From assembly GCA_964520525.1 (NCBI GenBank), contig CAZFNR010000007.1, positions 3,968-67,967 on the forward strand: 64,000 bases of DNA, in the 5' to 3' direction. Below the pieces are notes generated by a model. It did no database searches, was not told the origin of the DNA, and saw only the letters and a program-made list of their open reading frames with translations. The DNA is from an uncultured Muribaculaceae bacterium. GTDB lineage: Bacteria; Bacteroidota; Bacteroidia; Bacteroidales; Muribaculaceae. The translations under genes were made by a program, and so were the position numbers. Numbering within the stretch: the stretch's first letter is position 1; the number at the start of each line of letters is the position of its first letter. Below, one piece after another: positions 9,250 through 18,964 of the stretch.

Positions 9250-9690
9250 TTATTCCTTTGCCGTTAGAGCGTCGTCGGCCGATTCGTCATGAACTAATTC
9301 CTCATCTTTAAACTTATCGATTCCGGCCGCCATAAGCTGATTATACCAACTAAACACTTTTTTGATGTCGTTGGTATAGACTCTGTCGTCATCGAAATCT
9401 GGTAATATAGTAGCGAAATAGTCGCGGATTTCCTTATCACCTCCAAGCGCTTTTACATCTACCGGTTTCCCTTCGTTCTTTTCTTTAATAACTTCAAACA
9501 CATTTGCCAACGGGGTGTCTTCATTTTCAGTGTAAATGGCTATGTCACCAAGAGAGATAACTTTGTCGTGCGCATAGGCCGGTGTACGTTTCCCGGTAGC
9601 GAGATTTTCGACTATGAGCATATTTTTCCCCTGGTTTACCAATTTGAAGAGGCCGGGGCGACCTGAAATTGAAAGAATTGTCTTTAACAT
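9250..9690 (-). CDS. conserved Bacteroidota protein, DUF5606-like
   Basis: 146 aa. The N-terminus ILSISGRPGLFKLVNQGKNMLIVENL matches my recollection of the DUF5606 family. No signal peptide and no catalytic motif are visible. Confidence 0.5.
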   Translation of the reverse strand: MLKTILSISGRPGLFKLVNQGKNMLIVENLATGKRTPAYAHDKVISLGDIAIYTENEDTPLANVFEVIKEKNEGKPVDVKALGGDKEIRDYFATILPDFDDDRVYTNDIKKVFSWYNQLMAAGIDKFKDEELVHDESADDALTAKE

Positions 9691-9713
9691 TGTTATTGAT
9701 TTTTGGAATTTTT

Positions 9714-10640
9714 CTATTTAAGGTTGGCTATGTCGTCAAGTTTGTATGGCGTTGCCTGATAGACGAAGTAGTTAAGCCAGTTGGTGAAAAGAAGATTGGC
9801 GTGCGAACGCCATCTAACGAGCGGTTCTTTTGATGGGTCATCGTCAATGTAATAGTGGGCGGGGATCGTCGGATTTAATCCTTTTTCAAGATCTCTGTGG
9901 TATTCAAAATCAAGCGTGAGCGGTGAATATTCTGAGTGACCGGTGATAAAGAACTCCCTTCCGTTTCGAGCCATGACCATATAAACTCCGCTTTCCTCAC
10001 TGTCGGCAAGTATGGTAAGTGACTCATGCCGATTTATTTCATCGGCATCGAGTTGGCTAAATCGGCTGTGGGGAACTTCAAAAGTATCATCAAACCCGCG
10101 GAAAATAGGGTTGTGCTTATCTTTAAGTCGGTGGGAGAATACCCCAGAGACCTTATGGTCAAGAACGTGCTTTGTGATACCATAATGGTAGTATAACCCA
10201 GCAAAAGCTGCCCAACATATGTATATTGTGGAAGTTACATGGTTTTTTGCCCATTCAAACACTTTGGTCAGCTCTTGCCAATAATCGACTTGCTCAAATT
10301 CCACCTTTTCGACCGGTGCGCCTGTTATTATCAAGCCGTCGTAACAATCCCTTTTTATGTCATCAAATCGTTTGTAGAAAGCTTCGATATGTTCGCGCGG
10401 TGTATTGCGCGACACATGAGTGCCTACATCAACCAAATCAAGATTAATCTGCAACGGGGTGTTGGAAATAAGCCTCAACAAGTCTGTCTCTGTCATAAGT
10501 TTTAACGGCATAAGATTTAGAACCGCAATACTTAGGGGACGAATATCCTGGGTAGCGGCCCGCCGCTCTCCCATGACAAATATATTTTCGGCTTTTAGCT
10601 CCTCTACGGCGGGTAACCCTTCTGGAACTCTTACTGGCAT
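9714..10640 (-). CDS. metA: homoserine O-acyltransferase, MetA family
   Basis: 308 aa with MetA-type motifs IRPLSIAVLNLMP, CWAAFAGLYYHYG and PHSRFS. Confidence 0.9.
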   Translation of the reverse strand: MPVRVPEGLPAVEELKAENIFVMGERRAATQDIRPLSIAVLNLMPLKLMTETDLLRLISNTPLQINLDLVDVGTHVSRNTPREHIEAFYKRFDDIKRDCYDGLIITGAPVEKVEFEQVDYWQELTKVFEWAKNHVTSTIYICWAAFAGLYYHYGITKHVLDHKVSGVFSHRLKDKHNPIFRGFDDTFEVPHSRFSQLDADEINRHESLTILADSEESGVYMVMARNGREFFITGHSEYSPLTLDFEYHRDLEKGLNPTIPAHYYIDDDPSKEPLVRWRSHANLLFTNWLNYFVYQATPYKLDDIANLK

Positions 10641-10663
10641 CTTTTAAAAAAAAATAGTCTGAA

Positions 10664-11701
10664 TTACATTACATTGCGTTCGCGGAGTTTGCATTGCCAA
10701 GCCCATGCCGAACGCATTGTGTCGTCGATAGAGGTCTGAGCTTTCCATCCAAGGACTTCGTTTGCATAGGTCGGGTCGGCCCATACTTTCTCAATATCCC
10801 CCGCACGTCGTCCTACGATTTTGTGAGGAACGGTTACTCCCGTGGCTCGTTGGAATGCGTCTATTAATTCAAGCACTGATAATCCTATTCCTGTGCCAAG
10901 ATTGAATATCTCTATTTTGTCGTCAGATTTATCCTCAAGCATTCTCTCTACTGCGATAACATGGGCTTTTGCCAAATCGACAACGTTGATGAAGTCGCGT
11001 ATGCATGACCCGTCGGGGGTATCGTAGTCGTTGCCGAACACGCTCAATTCCTTTCTGATTCCGATGGCGGTCTGCGTGAGGTAGGGTATGAGATTCTGTG
11101 GCACTCCGTTGGGCAATTCTCCTATTTCAGCGGATGGATGCGCCCCAACGGGGTTGAAATATCGAAGAATCACACTCTTTATTGGTGCTCCGGAATTGAC
11201 CACATCGGTGATTATCTCCTCGGAAACCTGTTTAGTATTGCCGTAGGGTGAAGTGGCCTTTTTTATCGGTGCTGTCTCCGTGACCGGGTTTGAGTCTGGC
11301 TCGCCGTAGACCGTGCATGACGATGAGAATACTATACCTTTCACTCCATGTCGCGGCATCGCATCAAGCAGATTGAGTAAAGAGTTAAGATTATTGCGAT
11401 AATATAGAATAGGCTTTTCAATTGATTCACCTACGGCTTTACTCGCTGCGAAATTGATAATACCCTTGATGTCGGGATAATTTGTGAACAATTCTTCAAG
11501 AGCAGCCATATCAGTGCAATCGGCCTCGACCATCGGCGGTCGTTGACCCGTGATGCGTTCTATTCCATCGAGCACTTCAAGATTGCTGTTGGAAAGATTA
11601 TCTATGATTACTACCGGATAACCGGCTTGCTGCAACTCAACGACAGTGTGTGATCCGATGTATCCGGTGCCTCCGGTTACTAATATTCTTCCTTTGTTCA
11701 T
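10664..11701 (-). CDS. galE: UDP-glucose 4-epimerase
   Basis: Rossmann motif VTGGTGYIGSH and catalytic SPYGNTK (YxxxK). ATG 11701 (MNKGRILVTGG) is preferred over the ORF-track GTG at 11743. Confidence 0.9.
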   Translation of the reverse strand: MNKGRILVTGGTGYIGSHTVVELQQAGYPVVIIDNLSNSNLEVLDGIERITGQRPPMVEADCTDMAALEELFTNYPDIKGIINFAASKAVGESIEKPILYYRNNLNSLLNLLDAMPRHGVKGIVFSSSCTVYGEPDSNPVTETAPIKKATSPYGNTKQVSEEIITDVVNSGAPIKSVILRYFNPVGAHPSAEIGELPNGVPQNLIPYLTQTAIGIRKELSVFGNDYDTPDGSCIRDFINVVDLAKAHVIAVERMLEDKSDDKIEIFNLGTGIGLSVLELIDAFQRATGVTVPHKIVGRRAGDIEKVWADPTYANEVLGWKAQTSIDDTMRSAWAWQCKLRERNVM

Positions 11702-11824
11702 GACTGGTTCTGTTCTGTAGGTCAAAGTTTGCGCAACTCGCACTTCAACGCGAATTTACAAAATATTACTATAGAAGCAAAGCAAACTGTACTGTCATGT
11801 GCGTTTTTTAAATCGGCCGATTTA

Positions 11825-13273
11825 TTATAGAATGGGGCTGAAAAGCCTCATAAACGACTCCAACGCTTTCTGAGTTGTTGACCTGCGTCTCCACGACGAG
11901 GGGGTTATGCGTTGACAGGCTTTCATATCGTTGACAAAAATTTCTTTCATCCGCTTGTTAAAATCAGTCGAGTAGATGATCAAGTTGCTTTCAAAGTTAT
12001 GTTCGAAACTGCGGAAGTCGAAATTTGTAGATCCAACCGATGAAAATTCCTCATCGATGACGAGTGTCTTGCTGTGAAGCATCCCCGGTTCGTAGAAGTA
12101 AATTTTTACACCCGCGCGCAGGCATTCGGCGATATATGAATATGAAGCATATTTTAACATTATCGAGTCGCTACGACGAGGAATCATGATGCGCACGTCG
12201 ACACGGGAGAGGGCTGCGCTTTGTAACGCCTTAAGAAGGCTCTCTGTCGGCAGAAAGTAGGGGGTCTGTAAAAAAACCGTTTTTTTTGCATTGGCAATTG
12301 CTTTGAGATAGACCATTGCCACATTACTCCATTGGCTTGTGGGCCCACTTGTGATGAGCTGCATCCCCATCGGGCGCTCGATACACACCGGTAACGCTAC
12401 GTCTTTGCCTTCTTCGATTAGGGGTTGCCCCATGAAACTCCAGTCAATAGCAAACGACAGTTTCAACGCCGTCACAGCAGGTCCCTGTATGCGCAAATGT
12501 GTGTCGCGCCAGATACCCCATCCAGTTCCGTCGATATATCGGTCAGCGATGTTCATTCCGCCGATATATCCAATGTATCCGTCGATTACGCAAAGTTTGC
12601 GATGGTTTCTCCAGTTGATACGTGTGGCAAACGGTGGAAAAGCGACTTTAAAAAATGGATAGACCATAATCCCTGCCTGCTGCATCTCTTTGAAAAACCT
12701 GTTTTTCACGCCAAAGCAGCCTACATGGTCGTAGATAACCCTGACGGTGACACCTTCTCGCGCCTTACGTTGGAGCACCTCTTTTATCTCATATCCGATT
12801 TTGTCATCCTCAAAAATGTAATATTGAAGGTGAATGTAGTGCTGTGCATTGCTAAGGTCGTTGATGAGCGTGTCAAATTTCTCGCGACCGGTTGTGAAGA
12901 TTCTCGCATCGTTTCCTGGATAAAAGTTTGCCCCTGTCAGAGAACGTGCGAGTTTGACCTGTTGTTGACTTTCAGTACTTATGGGAACTCTGTCAGTATG
13001 GGGGAGCGACATTGATTCAAATTTTCGCAGTTTGCGGCGATTGCGGCGCGAGGTGCGGTGTTTGTTCTTTATATTGCGCCCGAAAAAAACGTAGAGTATA
13101 AGCCCAAATGCGGGAACAACAAGAAGCACAGTGACCCAAGCGAGCGACTTGACTGGATTGCGGTTTTCTGACAAGACGATTCCTATGATACTGAGAATTG
13201 TGATGGCATAAATGGCCATCAATCCCCAATAGAGCCAAGACATATTTATGTATTCTGACAAAGACGCTCCCAT
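11825..13273 (-). CDS. cls: cardiolipin synthase
   Basis: Two HKD motifs (HRKLCVIDG and LHSKTLVIDEEFSSVGSTNFDFRS) plus N-terminal TM helices. The start is ambiguous: GTG 13333, ATG 13273 or ATG 13243. Confidence 0.85.
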   Translation of the reverse strand: MGASLSEYINMSWLYWGLMAIYAITILSIIGIVLSENRNPVKSLAWVTVLLVVPAFGLILYVFFGRNIKNKHRTSRRNRRKLRKFESMSLPHTDRVPISTESQQQVKLARSLTGANFYPGNDARIFTTGREKFDTLINDLSNAQHYIHLQYYIFEDDKIGYEIKEVLQRKAREGVTVRVIYDHVGCFGVKNRFFKEMQQAGIMVYPFFKVAFPPFATRINWRNHRKLCVIDGYIGYIGGMNIADRYIDGTGWGIWRDTHLRIQGPAVTALKLSFAIDWSFMGQPLIEEGKDVALPVCIERPMGMQLITSGPTSQWSNVAMVYLKAIANAKKTVFLQTPYFLPTESLLKALQSAALSRVDVRIMIPRRSDSIMLKYASYSYIAECLRAGVKIYFYEPGMLHSKTLVIDEEFSSVGSTNFDFRSFEHNFESNLIIYSTDFNKRMKEIFVNDMKACQRITPSSWRRRSTTQKALESFMRLFSPIL

Positions 13274-13453
13274 ATCATCGTATTCTCGCCCTAAAATTAC
13301 ACAAATTGTCGCAACAAACAAAATCAATGGCACATATGGTAATTTGTGTAGACATGCAGGCGGTTTGTAAATCTAAGTATTATTCTCACAAGTAGGTAAT
13401 TTAAATATCAAGTTCCGCGCCGATTGGGATAATGGTGTTTGTCAAAAATTAGC

Positions 13454-13461
13454 TACCTTTG
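13454..13461 (+). promoter_or_regulatory. candidate -7 box (TACCTTTG) for mlaEF
   Basis: Exact TAnnTTTG match 29 nt upstream of ATG 13490. Confidence 0.5.
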
Positions 13462-13489
13462 CGGAATAATTATCATTTTAGACACTAAG

Positions 13490-14239
13490 ATGCTACTTAC
13501 TAACTCCATAGCCACATTTGGCAGCTATTGCCTGTTTATGCGACGAGTGTTTTCGATTCCTGATAAGTTTAGAATTTTTATGCGTCGCACCGTTGCCGAG
13601 ATTTCAAAACTCGGAGTGGACTCAATTCCGCTTGTAATCATCATTTCGCTGTTTATTGGCGCTGTTATCGCTATTCAGATGCAACTTAACATAACCTCGC
13701 CGTTAGTTCCTGCCTATTCGGTCGGTCTTGCCACGCGCGACATTGTTCTGCTTGAGTTCTCCAACTCAATCCTTTGTTTGATTCTCGCAGGAAAAGTCGG
13801 CTCAAACATCGCTTCTGAAATTGGCACTATGAGAGTGACTGAACAGATTGACGCTCTTGAAATTATGGGTATCAACTCAGCAAATTTTCTTGTTCTCCCG
13901 AAAATCGTCGCATTTCTATTCTTCATGCCTATTCTTGTAGTGTTTAGCATCTCAACGGCACTTTTTGGCGGATATTTTGTAGCCCTTGTGACCGATATGA
14001 TTACAGTGTCGCGCTACGTCTACGGCCTTCAAGCGCTGTTTCAGGAGTGGTATGTGTGGTATGGCATCATCAAATCTGTTGCTTTTGCTTTCATCATCAG
14101 CTCAGTCGCATCGTTCTTCGGTTACTACGTCAAGGGTGGAGCGCTCGATGTAGGCAAGTCAAGCACTAACGCTGTCGTTTCGAGCAGCATTCTGATTCTA
14201 TTCTTTGACATCTTGTTGACTAAACTGCTATTGCAATGA
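13490..14239 (+). CDS. mlaE: MlaE-family ABC transporter permease (phospholipid transport)
   Basis: Multi-pass permease with an MlaE-like core (TEQIDALEIMGINS). ATG 13490 lies 29 nt downstream of a TACCTTTG box. The ORF-track TTG 13439 lies upstream of that box. Confidence 0.85.
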   Translation: MLLTNSIATFGSYCLFMRRVFSIPDKFRIFMRRTVAEISKLGVDSIPLVIIISLFIGAVIAIQMQLNITSPLVPAYSVGLATRDIVLLEFSNSILCLILAGKVGSNIASEIGTMRVTEQIDALEIMGINSANFLVLPKIVAFLFFMPILVVFSISTALFGGYFVALVTDMITVSRYVYGLQALFQEWYVWYGIIKSVAFAFIISSVASFFGYYVKGGALDVGKSSTNAVVSSSILILFFDILLTKLLLQ

Positions 14240-15012
14240 TTGAGGTTAATAATATCACTAAATCGTTTGACGATAAAACGATTTTGCACGACATATCAGC
14301 TACTTTCCACACCGGGAAAACGAATCTCATTATAGGCCAAAGCGGCTCGGGTAAAACAGTGCTTATGAAATCGCTCGTTGGGCTTATCCGACCGGAGCAA
14401 GGCCAGATTCTTTACGACGGTCGAGATTTGTTGAAGATGGATTCCTCGCAAGTCAAAGAATTGCGCAAAGAGATTGGAATGCTTTTCCAAGGCTCGGCAC
14501 TCTTCGACTCTGAAACAGTGCTTGGCAATGTTATGTTCCCGCTTGTGATGTTTACAAAGATGTCTGAAGCTGAGATGCGCGACCGCGCTCTCTTCTGCCT
14601 CGAGCGTGTTAACCTCAAGGGCGCCGATAAAAAGTATCCCTCTGAGATTTCTGGCGGCATGCAGAAACGTGTGGCAATCGCACGAGCCATTGCGCTCAAT
14701 CCCAAATATCTTTTCTGTGACGAGCCCAACTCGGGCCTTGACCCTAAAACGTCGATTGTCATCGACGAATTGCTTAGCGACATCACCCACGAATACAATA
14801 TCACAACAATCATCAACACCCACGACATGAACTCTGTGCTCGGTATCGGTGAAAACATCGTTTTCATCAACAAAGGGCACCGCGACTGGGTGGGTAATAA
14901 AGACCAAATTTTTGAGACAGACAACCAAGCGTTGTCCGACTTCGTATTTGCCACCGACCTTTTCCAAAAAGTTAAAGACTACGTTGTCGACAATTCGAAT
15001 CGTCAACGATAA
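14236..15012 (+). CDS. mlaF: MlaF-type ABC transporter ATP-binding protein
   Basis: Walker A GQSGSGKT, ABC signature SGGMQKRVAIARA and Walker B LFCDEP. Its start overlaps the mlaE stop (ATGA). Confidence 0.85.
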   Translation: MIEVNNITKSFDDKTILHDISATFHTGKTNLIIGQSGSGKTVLMKSLVGLIRPEQGQILYDGRDLLKMDSSQVKELRKEIGMLFQGSALFDSETVLGNVMFPLVMFTKMSEAEMRDRALFCLERVNLKGADKKYPSEISGGMQKRVAIARAIALNPKYLFCDEPNSGLDPKTSIVIDELLSDITHEYNITTIINTHDMNSVLGIGENIVFINKGHRDWVGNKDQIFETDNQALSDFVFATDLFQKVKDYVVDNSNRQR

Positions 15013-15059
15013 AATACCCACTTCTCAATCATTAGATTTTTATCATATTCATAACGCAA

Positions 15060-15089
15060 GATGGGCTGCCCGTGATTGGACAGCCCATC
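15060..15089. terminator. putative terminator hairpin between mlaF and the M16 peptidase gene
   Basis: 9-bp stem gatgggctg/cagcccatc with a 12-nt loop between convergent stops. Neither side has a strong U-tract. Confidence 0.45.
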
Positions 15090-15116
15090 ATAATGTTTGA
15101 CCGGTTAGGCTCTTAT

Positions 15117-17933
15117 TTATTCTTCTTTCGGGTCAAGTATCACAACTTGGTAGTTCCCCTGTGAAAGCAACTCTTTCATGAAGGTCATCACGTCGGCAAT
15201 TGTCAACGAGTTGACTGTCTCGATGTTGTTGTTAAACACATCCACGCCGTTAAGCGTAGTTGCGCTCATCGAACCAATCCAAGAGCTGTTAAGTTCCTTA
15301 CCTTCGGTAAAGTTCTTAACCATATACTCTTTAACCTTGTTAAGCTCTTCTTCGGTGATATCTTGGGTCATATTAGTAAATTCTTTCTCAATGATATCGA
15401 GCACCTTCTCTTTAAGTTCTGGCTTCATTGGGAAAGCCGATTGGATGGTGACGGGATATTCACCCAGACGTTTCATCGAGCCTTGAGCTCCAATTGAGTA
15501 AACAGCACCCTCTTTCTCGCGAACGGTATCGAGCAGTCGTGTAGTCAAAATTTGGCCGGCTACGCTTGAAGTCACCCAGTTTTTAGTGGTGTAAGGGAGT
15601 TTGCCTGTGGCGAATATCGCTACCCACGTTTGAGGAGTTTCCATTATAGCAGTCTCAGTGTGTAAACCGCGACCGGCCATGATTTCAAGCGAAGCATCAG
15701 GTTTCACATCTTTTACCACATTTTTCGTGTCAGCGGGAAGAGATGCGATATACTGCTCTACGAGGGATTTCAAAGTTTCCGAGTCAAAGTTGCCAACGAA
15801 GAAGAATGTGTAGTCGGCTGCATTGGCCATCGCTTTATGTGCTATATCCAAAATTTCATCGCGCTTGGCTGCCTCGATTACTTCTGCTGTGAGCATTTGT
15901 GATTTTGGAGACTTGATAAGTGCGTCCATTATCGTTTTGCTAAAGATGAATTGTGGATTGGCACTTTGATTCTTCAATATGCCGCTATACATATTTTGGA
16001 ATGCTTTAAATTCATCATCAGTTAGCTGGATATCGGTCATTGTCATATAGATAAGCTCCATCAACGTAGGCAGGTCTCTGGGAGTCGTTGTGCCGTTAAG
16101 GCCGCGCGTATAGTCGTCAATCGAGAAGTTCACCCAGGCTTGCTTACCTTGCATATATTTCTGCAAGTCGCTGTGAGTATAGTTACCGAGGCCGTTTTGA
16201 TTCAATGCTACCGGCAATGCGATAATGCTGTTCGCTTTATCGTCGGGAAGGGTTGAGATACCGCCTTTGGCTTTGGCATCAAAGCGGATTTCATCGTTCT
16301 TGAAATCGGTTTTCTTGACGATTACGGTTACGCCGTTTGAAAGTGTCCAGCGTTCTGCGCCCCACTGTTGGTCTTGTTCCACTTTAACAATCTTGCCGGC
16401 TTTAGGCATGTTGGGAATAAGCGGTTCGCTCTTAACTTCATCTACATAAGCCTCAATCGTTTCTGCATCAACAGCTTTGAATGCTTCAGCAAGCGAAGCC
16501 TCGGTAGGTGTTATATAACCATCTTTATCGGGACTCATAGCGACAACAACACGGTTGTCATCGGTAATCAGGTATTTGAATGCGCCGTTAATAGCCTCTA
16601 AAGTCACTTGATTTGCAAGCATCTGCATAATCTGGTATTTATCTTCAATTGATGGCATTGGCTCGTTATCTATGAAGTTGCGCACATAGGTGTTCACATA
16701 GCTGCTGCTCTGGGTAGTTGCGCGGTTATTATACTCCTTTTCGAGTTGTGAAATGTACTCATTGCGTGCGCGATCATATTCGCCAAAGGTAAATCCGCCG
16801 CGTGCGGCGCGAAGCACTTCGCGATAAACAGCGGTTAACGCTTCTGTCGGGTCATTCCCCTTGGGAAGTGCTGTTACTTCAAACGCATCCTTAGTCTTAG
16901 AGAGGAAGAAGTTGCCATAGTTGGCTGAGGCTTGTGCAAATGGAGCGTCGGCTTTTGTTGAGAGTGCCGACAAGCGACTGTTAAGCATATTTGAGATTAT
17001 CTCGGTCAGATAGCTCTGAGCAGCACCCGCTACTGTCGATCGCAGTGAGTCAGGCAGCGCATCGGCCTTGAACATCATCATACCGATGGGGAATTGCAAC
17101 TCTTTGTCTGAACCTATTGCATAGATGGTGCCGGGAGTGTCTTCTACCGGGTAATAGATGCGCTCTTTTGCGTTGGCTGGCATTTCTATCGGTGAAAACA
17201 TCTTTTTGATTTTGTTCTCAATGCTGTCCACGTTGATGTCGCCAACGACTATGATACCCTGTTGATCGGGACGATACCATGTCTCATAGTAGTCGCGCAA
17301 CGCTTGATAAGGGAAGTTGTCTACAACTTCCATAGTTCCGATGGGCAGGCGGTAACCATAACGGTTGTTGGGGTAGATAATCGGAAGCAATTTCTCGATG
17401 ATTCGCATCTGACCGACATTTGAACGTCTCCACTCCTGATGGATTACTCCGCGTTCTTTGTCAATCTCTACCGGGTCGAGGAGCAACCCGTCGGCCCAAT
17501 CGTGAAGCACAAGCAGGCATGAGTCCTGGACACCGGTGCGGGCGGTCGGTACGTTAGAAATGTTATAGACCGTCTCGTCAATACTTGTGTATGCGTTCAA
17601 GTTGTTGCCAAATTTCACGCCCACGGTTTCAAGCCAGCTGACAACTCCATTGCCAGGGAAACTCTCTGTGCCGTTGAAACACATATGCTCAAGAAAATGG
17701 GCGAGACCGCGCTGGTTATCTTCCTCAAGTATAGATCCGACTTTTTGAGCGATGTAGAAATCCGCTTGCCCTTTAGGTGTTTCATTGTGACGGATATAGT
17801 AGGTTAGACCGTTTGGAAGTTTACCAATCCTAACATCTTTGTCGACAGGCATAGGCATTATCTGAGCCTGAATGGTCGACATCATGCCTATTGTTGCGAT
17901 AAACAGGGATAGGCGTTTGAAATTTATTCTCAT
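15117..17933 (-). CDS. M16 (pitrilysin/insulinase) family zinc metallopeptidase, long secreted form
   Basis: 938 aa with a signal peptide (MMSTIQAQ) and the inverted zinc motif HFLEH (HxxEH). The length fits tandem M16 domain pairs. Confidence 0.85.
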   Translation of the reverse strand: MRINFKRLSLFIATIGMMSTIQAQIMPMPVDKDVRIGKLPNGLTYYIRHNETPKGQADFYIAQKVGSILEEDNQRGLAHFLEHMCFNGTESFPGNGVVSWLETVGVKFGNNLNAYTSIDETVYNISNVPTARTGVQDSCLLVLHDWADGLLLDPVEIDKERGVIHQEWRRSNVGQMRIIEKLLPIIYPNNRYGYRLPIGTMEVVDNFPYQALRDYYETWYRPDQQGIIVVGDINVDSIENKIKKMFSPIEMPANAKERIYYPVEDTPGTIYAIGSDKELQFPIGMMMFKADALPDSLRSTVAGAAQSYLTEIISNMLNSRLSALSTKADAPFAQASANYGNFFLSKTKDAFEVTALPKGNDPTEALTAVYREVLRAARGGFTFGEYDRARNEYISQLEKEYNNRATTQSSSYVNTYVRNFIDNEPMPSIEDKYQIMQMLANQVTLEAINGAFKYLITDDNRVVVAMSPDKDGYITPTEASLAEAFKAVDAETIEAYVDEVKSEPLIPNMPKAGKIVKVEQDQQWGAERWTLSNGVTVIVKKTDFKNDEIRFDAKAKGGISTLPDDKANSIIALPVALNQNGLGNYTHSDLQKYMQGKQAWVNFSIDDYTRGLNGTTTPRDLPTLMELIYMTMTDIQLTDDEFKAFQNMYSGILKNQSANPQFIFSKTIMDALIKSPKSQMLTAEVIEAAKRDEILDIAHKAMANAADYTFFFVGNFDSETLKSLVEQYIASLPADTKNVVKDVKPDASLEIMAGRGLHTETAIMETPQTWVAIFATGKLPYTTKNWVTSSVAGQILTTRLLDTVREKEGAVYSIGAQGSMKRLGEYPVTIQSAFPMKPELKEKVLDIIEKEFTNMTQDITEEELNKVKEYMVKNFTEGKELNSSWIGSMSATTLNGVDVFNNNIETVNSLTIADVMTFMKELLSQGNYQVVILDPKEE

Positions 17934-18304
17934 AATTAGTTTTATGGTGTTATGTAATGAAGTTTGAAATGCTTATGTGGTTTTGAATCAATTGTAACTA
18001 ACGGTTAGACGCTGACATGTGGCGATTAGTTGCAGCTATATCATTATTTTTTTAAGTTACGATTAAAACGTCTCTTTAAAAAATGGAATATGGTCACAAA
18101 ATGTCTCTCATCAATTTTAACGCTGAAACATGGACTCCAAGCTCAAATCCGAAATCTGTCCAATACTCTTGGCGCTTATCAACCTATGAGAAAATTACAG
18201 AACCATTTGTGCAATGTGACTTTCTTCCCTTGTGGTAATCATTCCATCGTACCAAAATTAGAGCAAGCGTCATGCAAGAATAACTTACGCATGATAAAAG
18301 GGTT

Positions 18305-18964
18305 TCATTCAAGTATGATGTTTCCGAAGAAGTCAGGTTGATGGAAATCGGGGTGCGGGGTTGCAATTGGATTCCAACTTAAGAAGTGGGGTTGAGTGCA
18401 CCCTGAAGCGCATTTATAAAAATTTCCTTTCATTTTTATTGGTTTACCATCATATTCGATTCCGATAAGATTCAGGGGAATTGCGATAATCAGATTCCAA
18501 GCGAATAACCCTTCAATCTCCTGGAATGGTCTGTTGCCACAAGAAGCGAACCGTCTCACGCTATCCAACTCATCATCTGTCAATCGGCGAGGATTTCGCC
18601 TCTCGGTGCGCGTAGATGCGTTTATCGCCCCAATGCAGTTAAACTCAAAATTCCAATAACGACCGTCGTTCATCGGTTCAATAAAAAACTCAACGCATGA
18701 ATCTTGGCAAACAGAGGAATTATTCTTATAATTTACGGCGCGGAGGTAATTGCATCTCACAAAAAAATCTATATAGATGTATTTCTTTGAATGGGCGGTT
18801 GTAAATACCGTCAATGGATGATATGGATATTCATCAGGCCAGTTTAGAGATTCGATTGTGCGCCTGGTTCCCTTTTCCTCAAGAAGGTTCTCAACCGATT
18901 CGAGCGCAAAGTCATCGAGCTCGGGGATGAAAGGTACATTGATGGTCTTGATTGTCTTATCCAT
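18305..18964 (-). CDS. carbohydrate-binding family 9-like protein (tentative)
   Basis: 219 aa with no signal peptide. Segments NWPDEYPYHP, DSCVEFFIEP and WNFEFNCIGA resemble what I recall of CBM9-like proteins. The start overlaps the upstream LysE gene by 8 nt. Confidence 0.45.
   Translation of the reverse strand: MDKTIKTINVPFIPELDDFALESVENLLEEKGTRRTIESLNWPDEYPYHPLTVFTTAHSKKYIYIDFFVRCNYLRAVNYKNNSSVCQDSCVEFFIEPMNDGRYWNFEFNCIGAINASTRTERRNPRRLTDDELDSVRRFASCGNRPFQEIEGLFAWNLIIAIPLNLIGIEYDGKPIKMKGNFYKCASGCTQPHFLSWNPIATPHPDFHQPDFFGNIILE

Noticed and set aside
12425-13015. 196-aa ORF antisense to cls
   Set aside because: The sense frame carries both HKD motifs. The antisense product is low-complexity and featureless.
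14296-15021. 241-aa ORF antisense to the whole of mlaF (plus the 180-aa ORF at 14412-14954)
   Set aside because: The sense strand has unambiguous ABC ATPase motifs. Long stop-free antisense frames are a common codon-bias artefact in such genes, and the antisense translation has no recognisable motif.
18030-18341. 103-aa plus-strand ORF in the M16/CBM9-like gap
   Set aside because: It starts with TTG, is basic and low-complexity, and runs into the 3' end of the convergent gene, so it is not credible as a gene. Only its last ~35 codons are considered, as a possible frameshifted continuation in the 17934-18304 finding.
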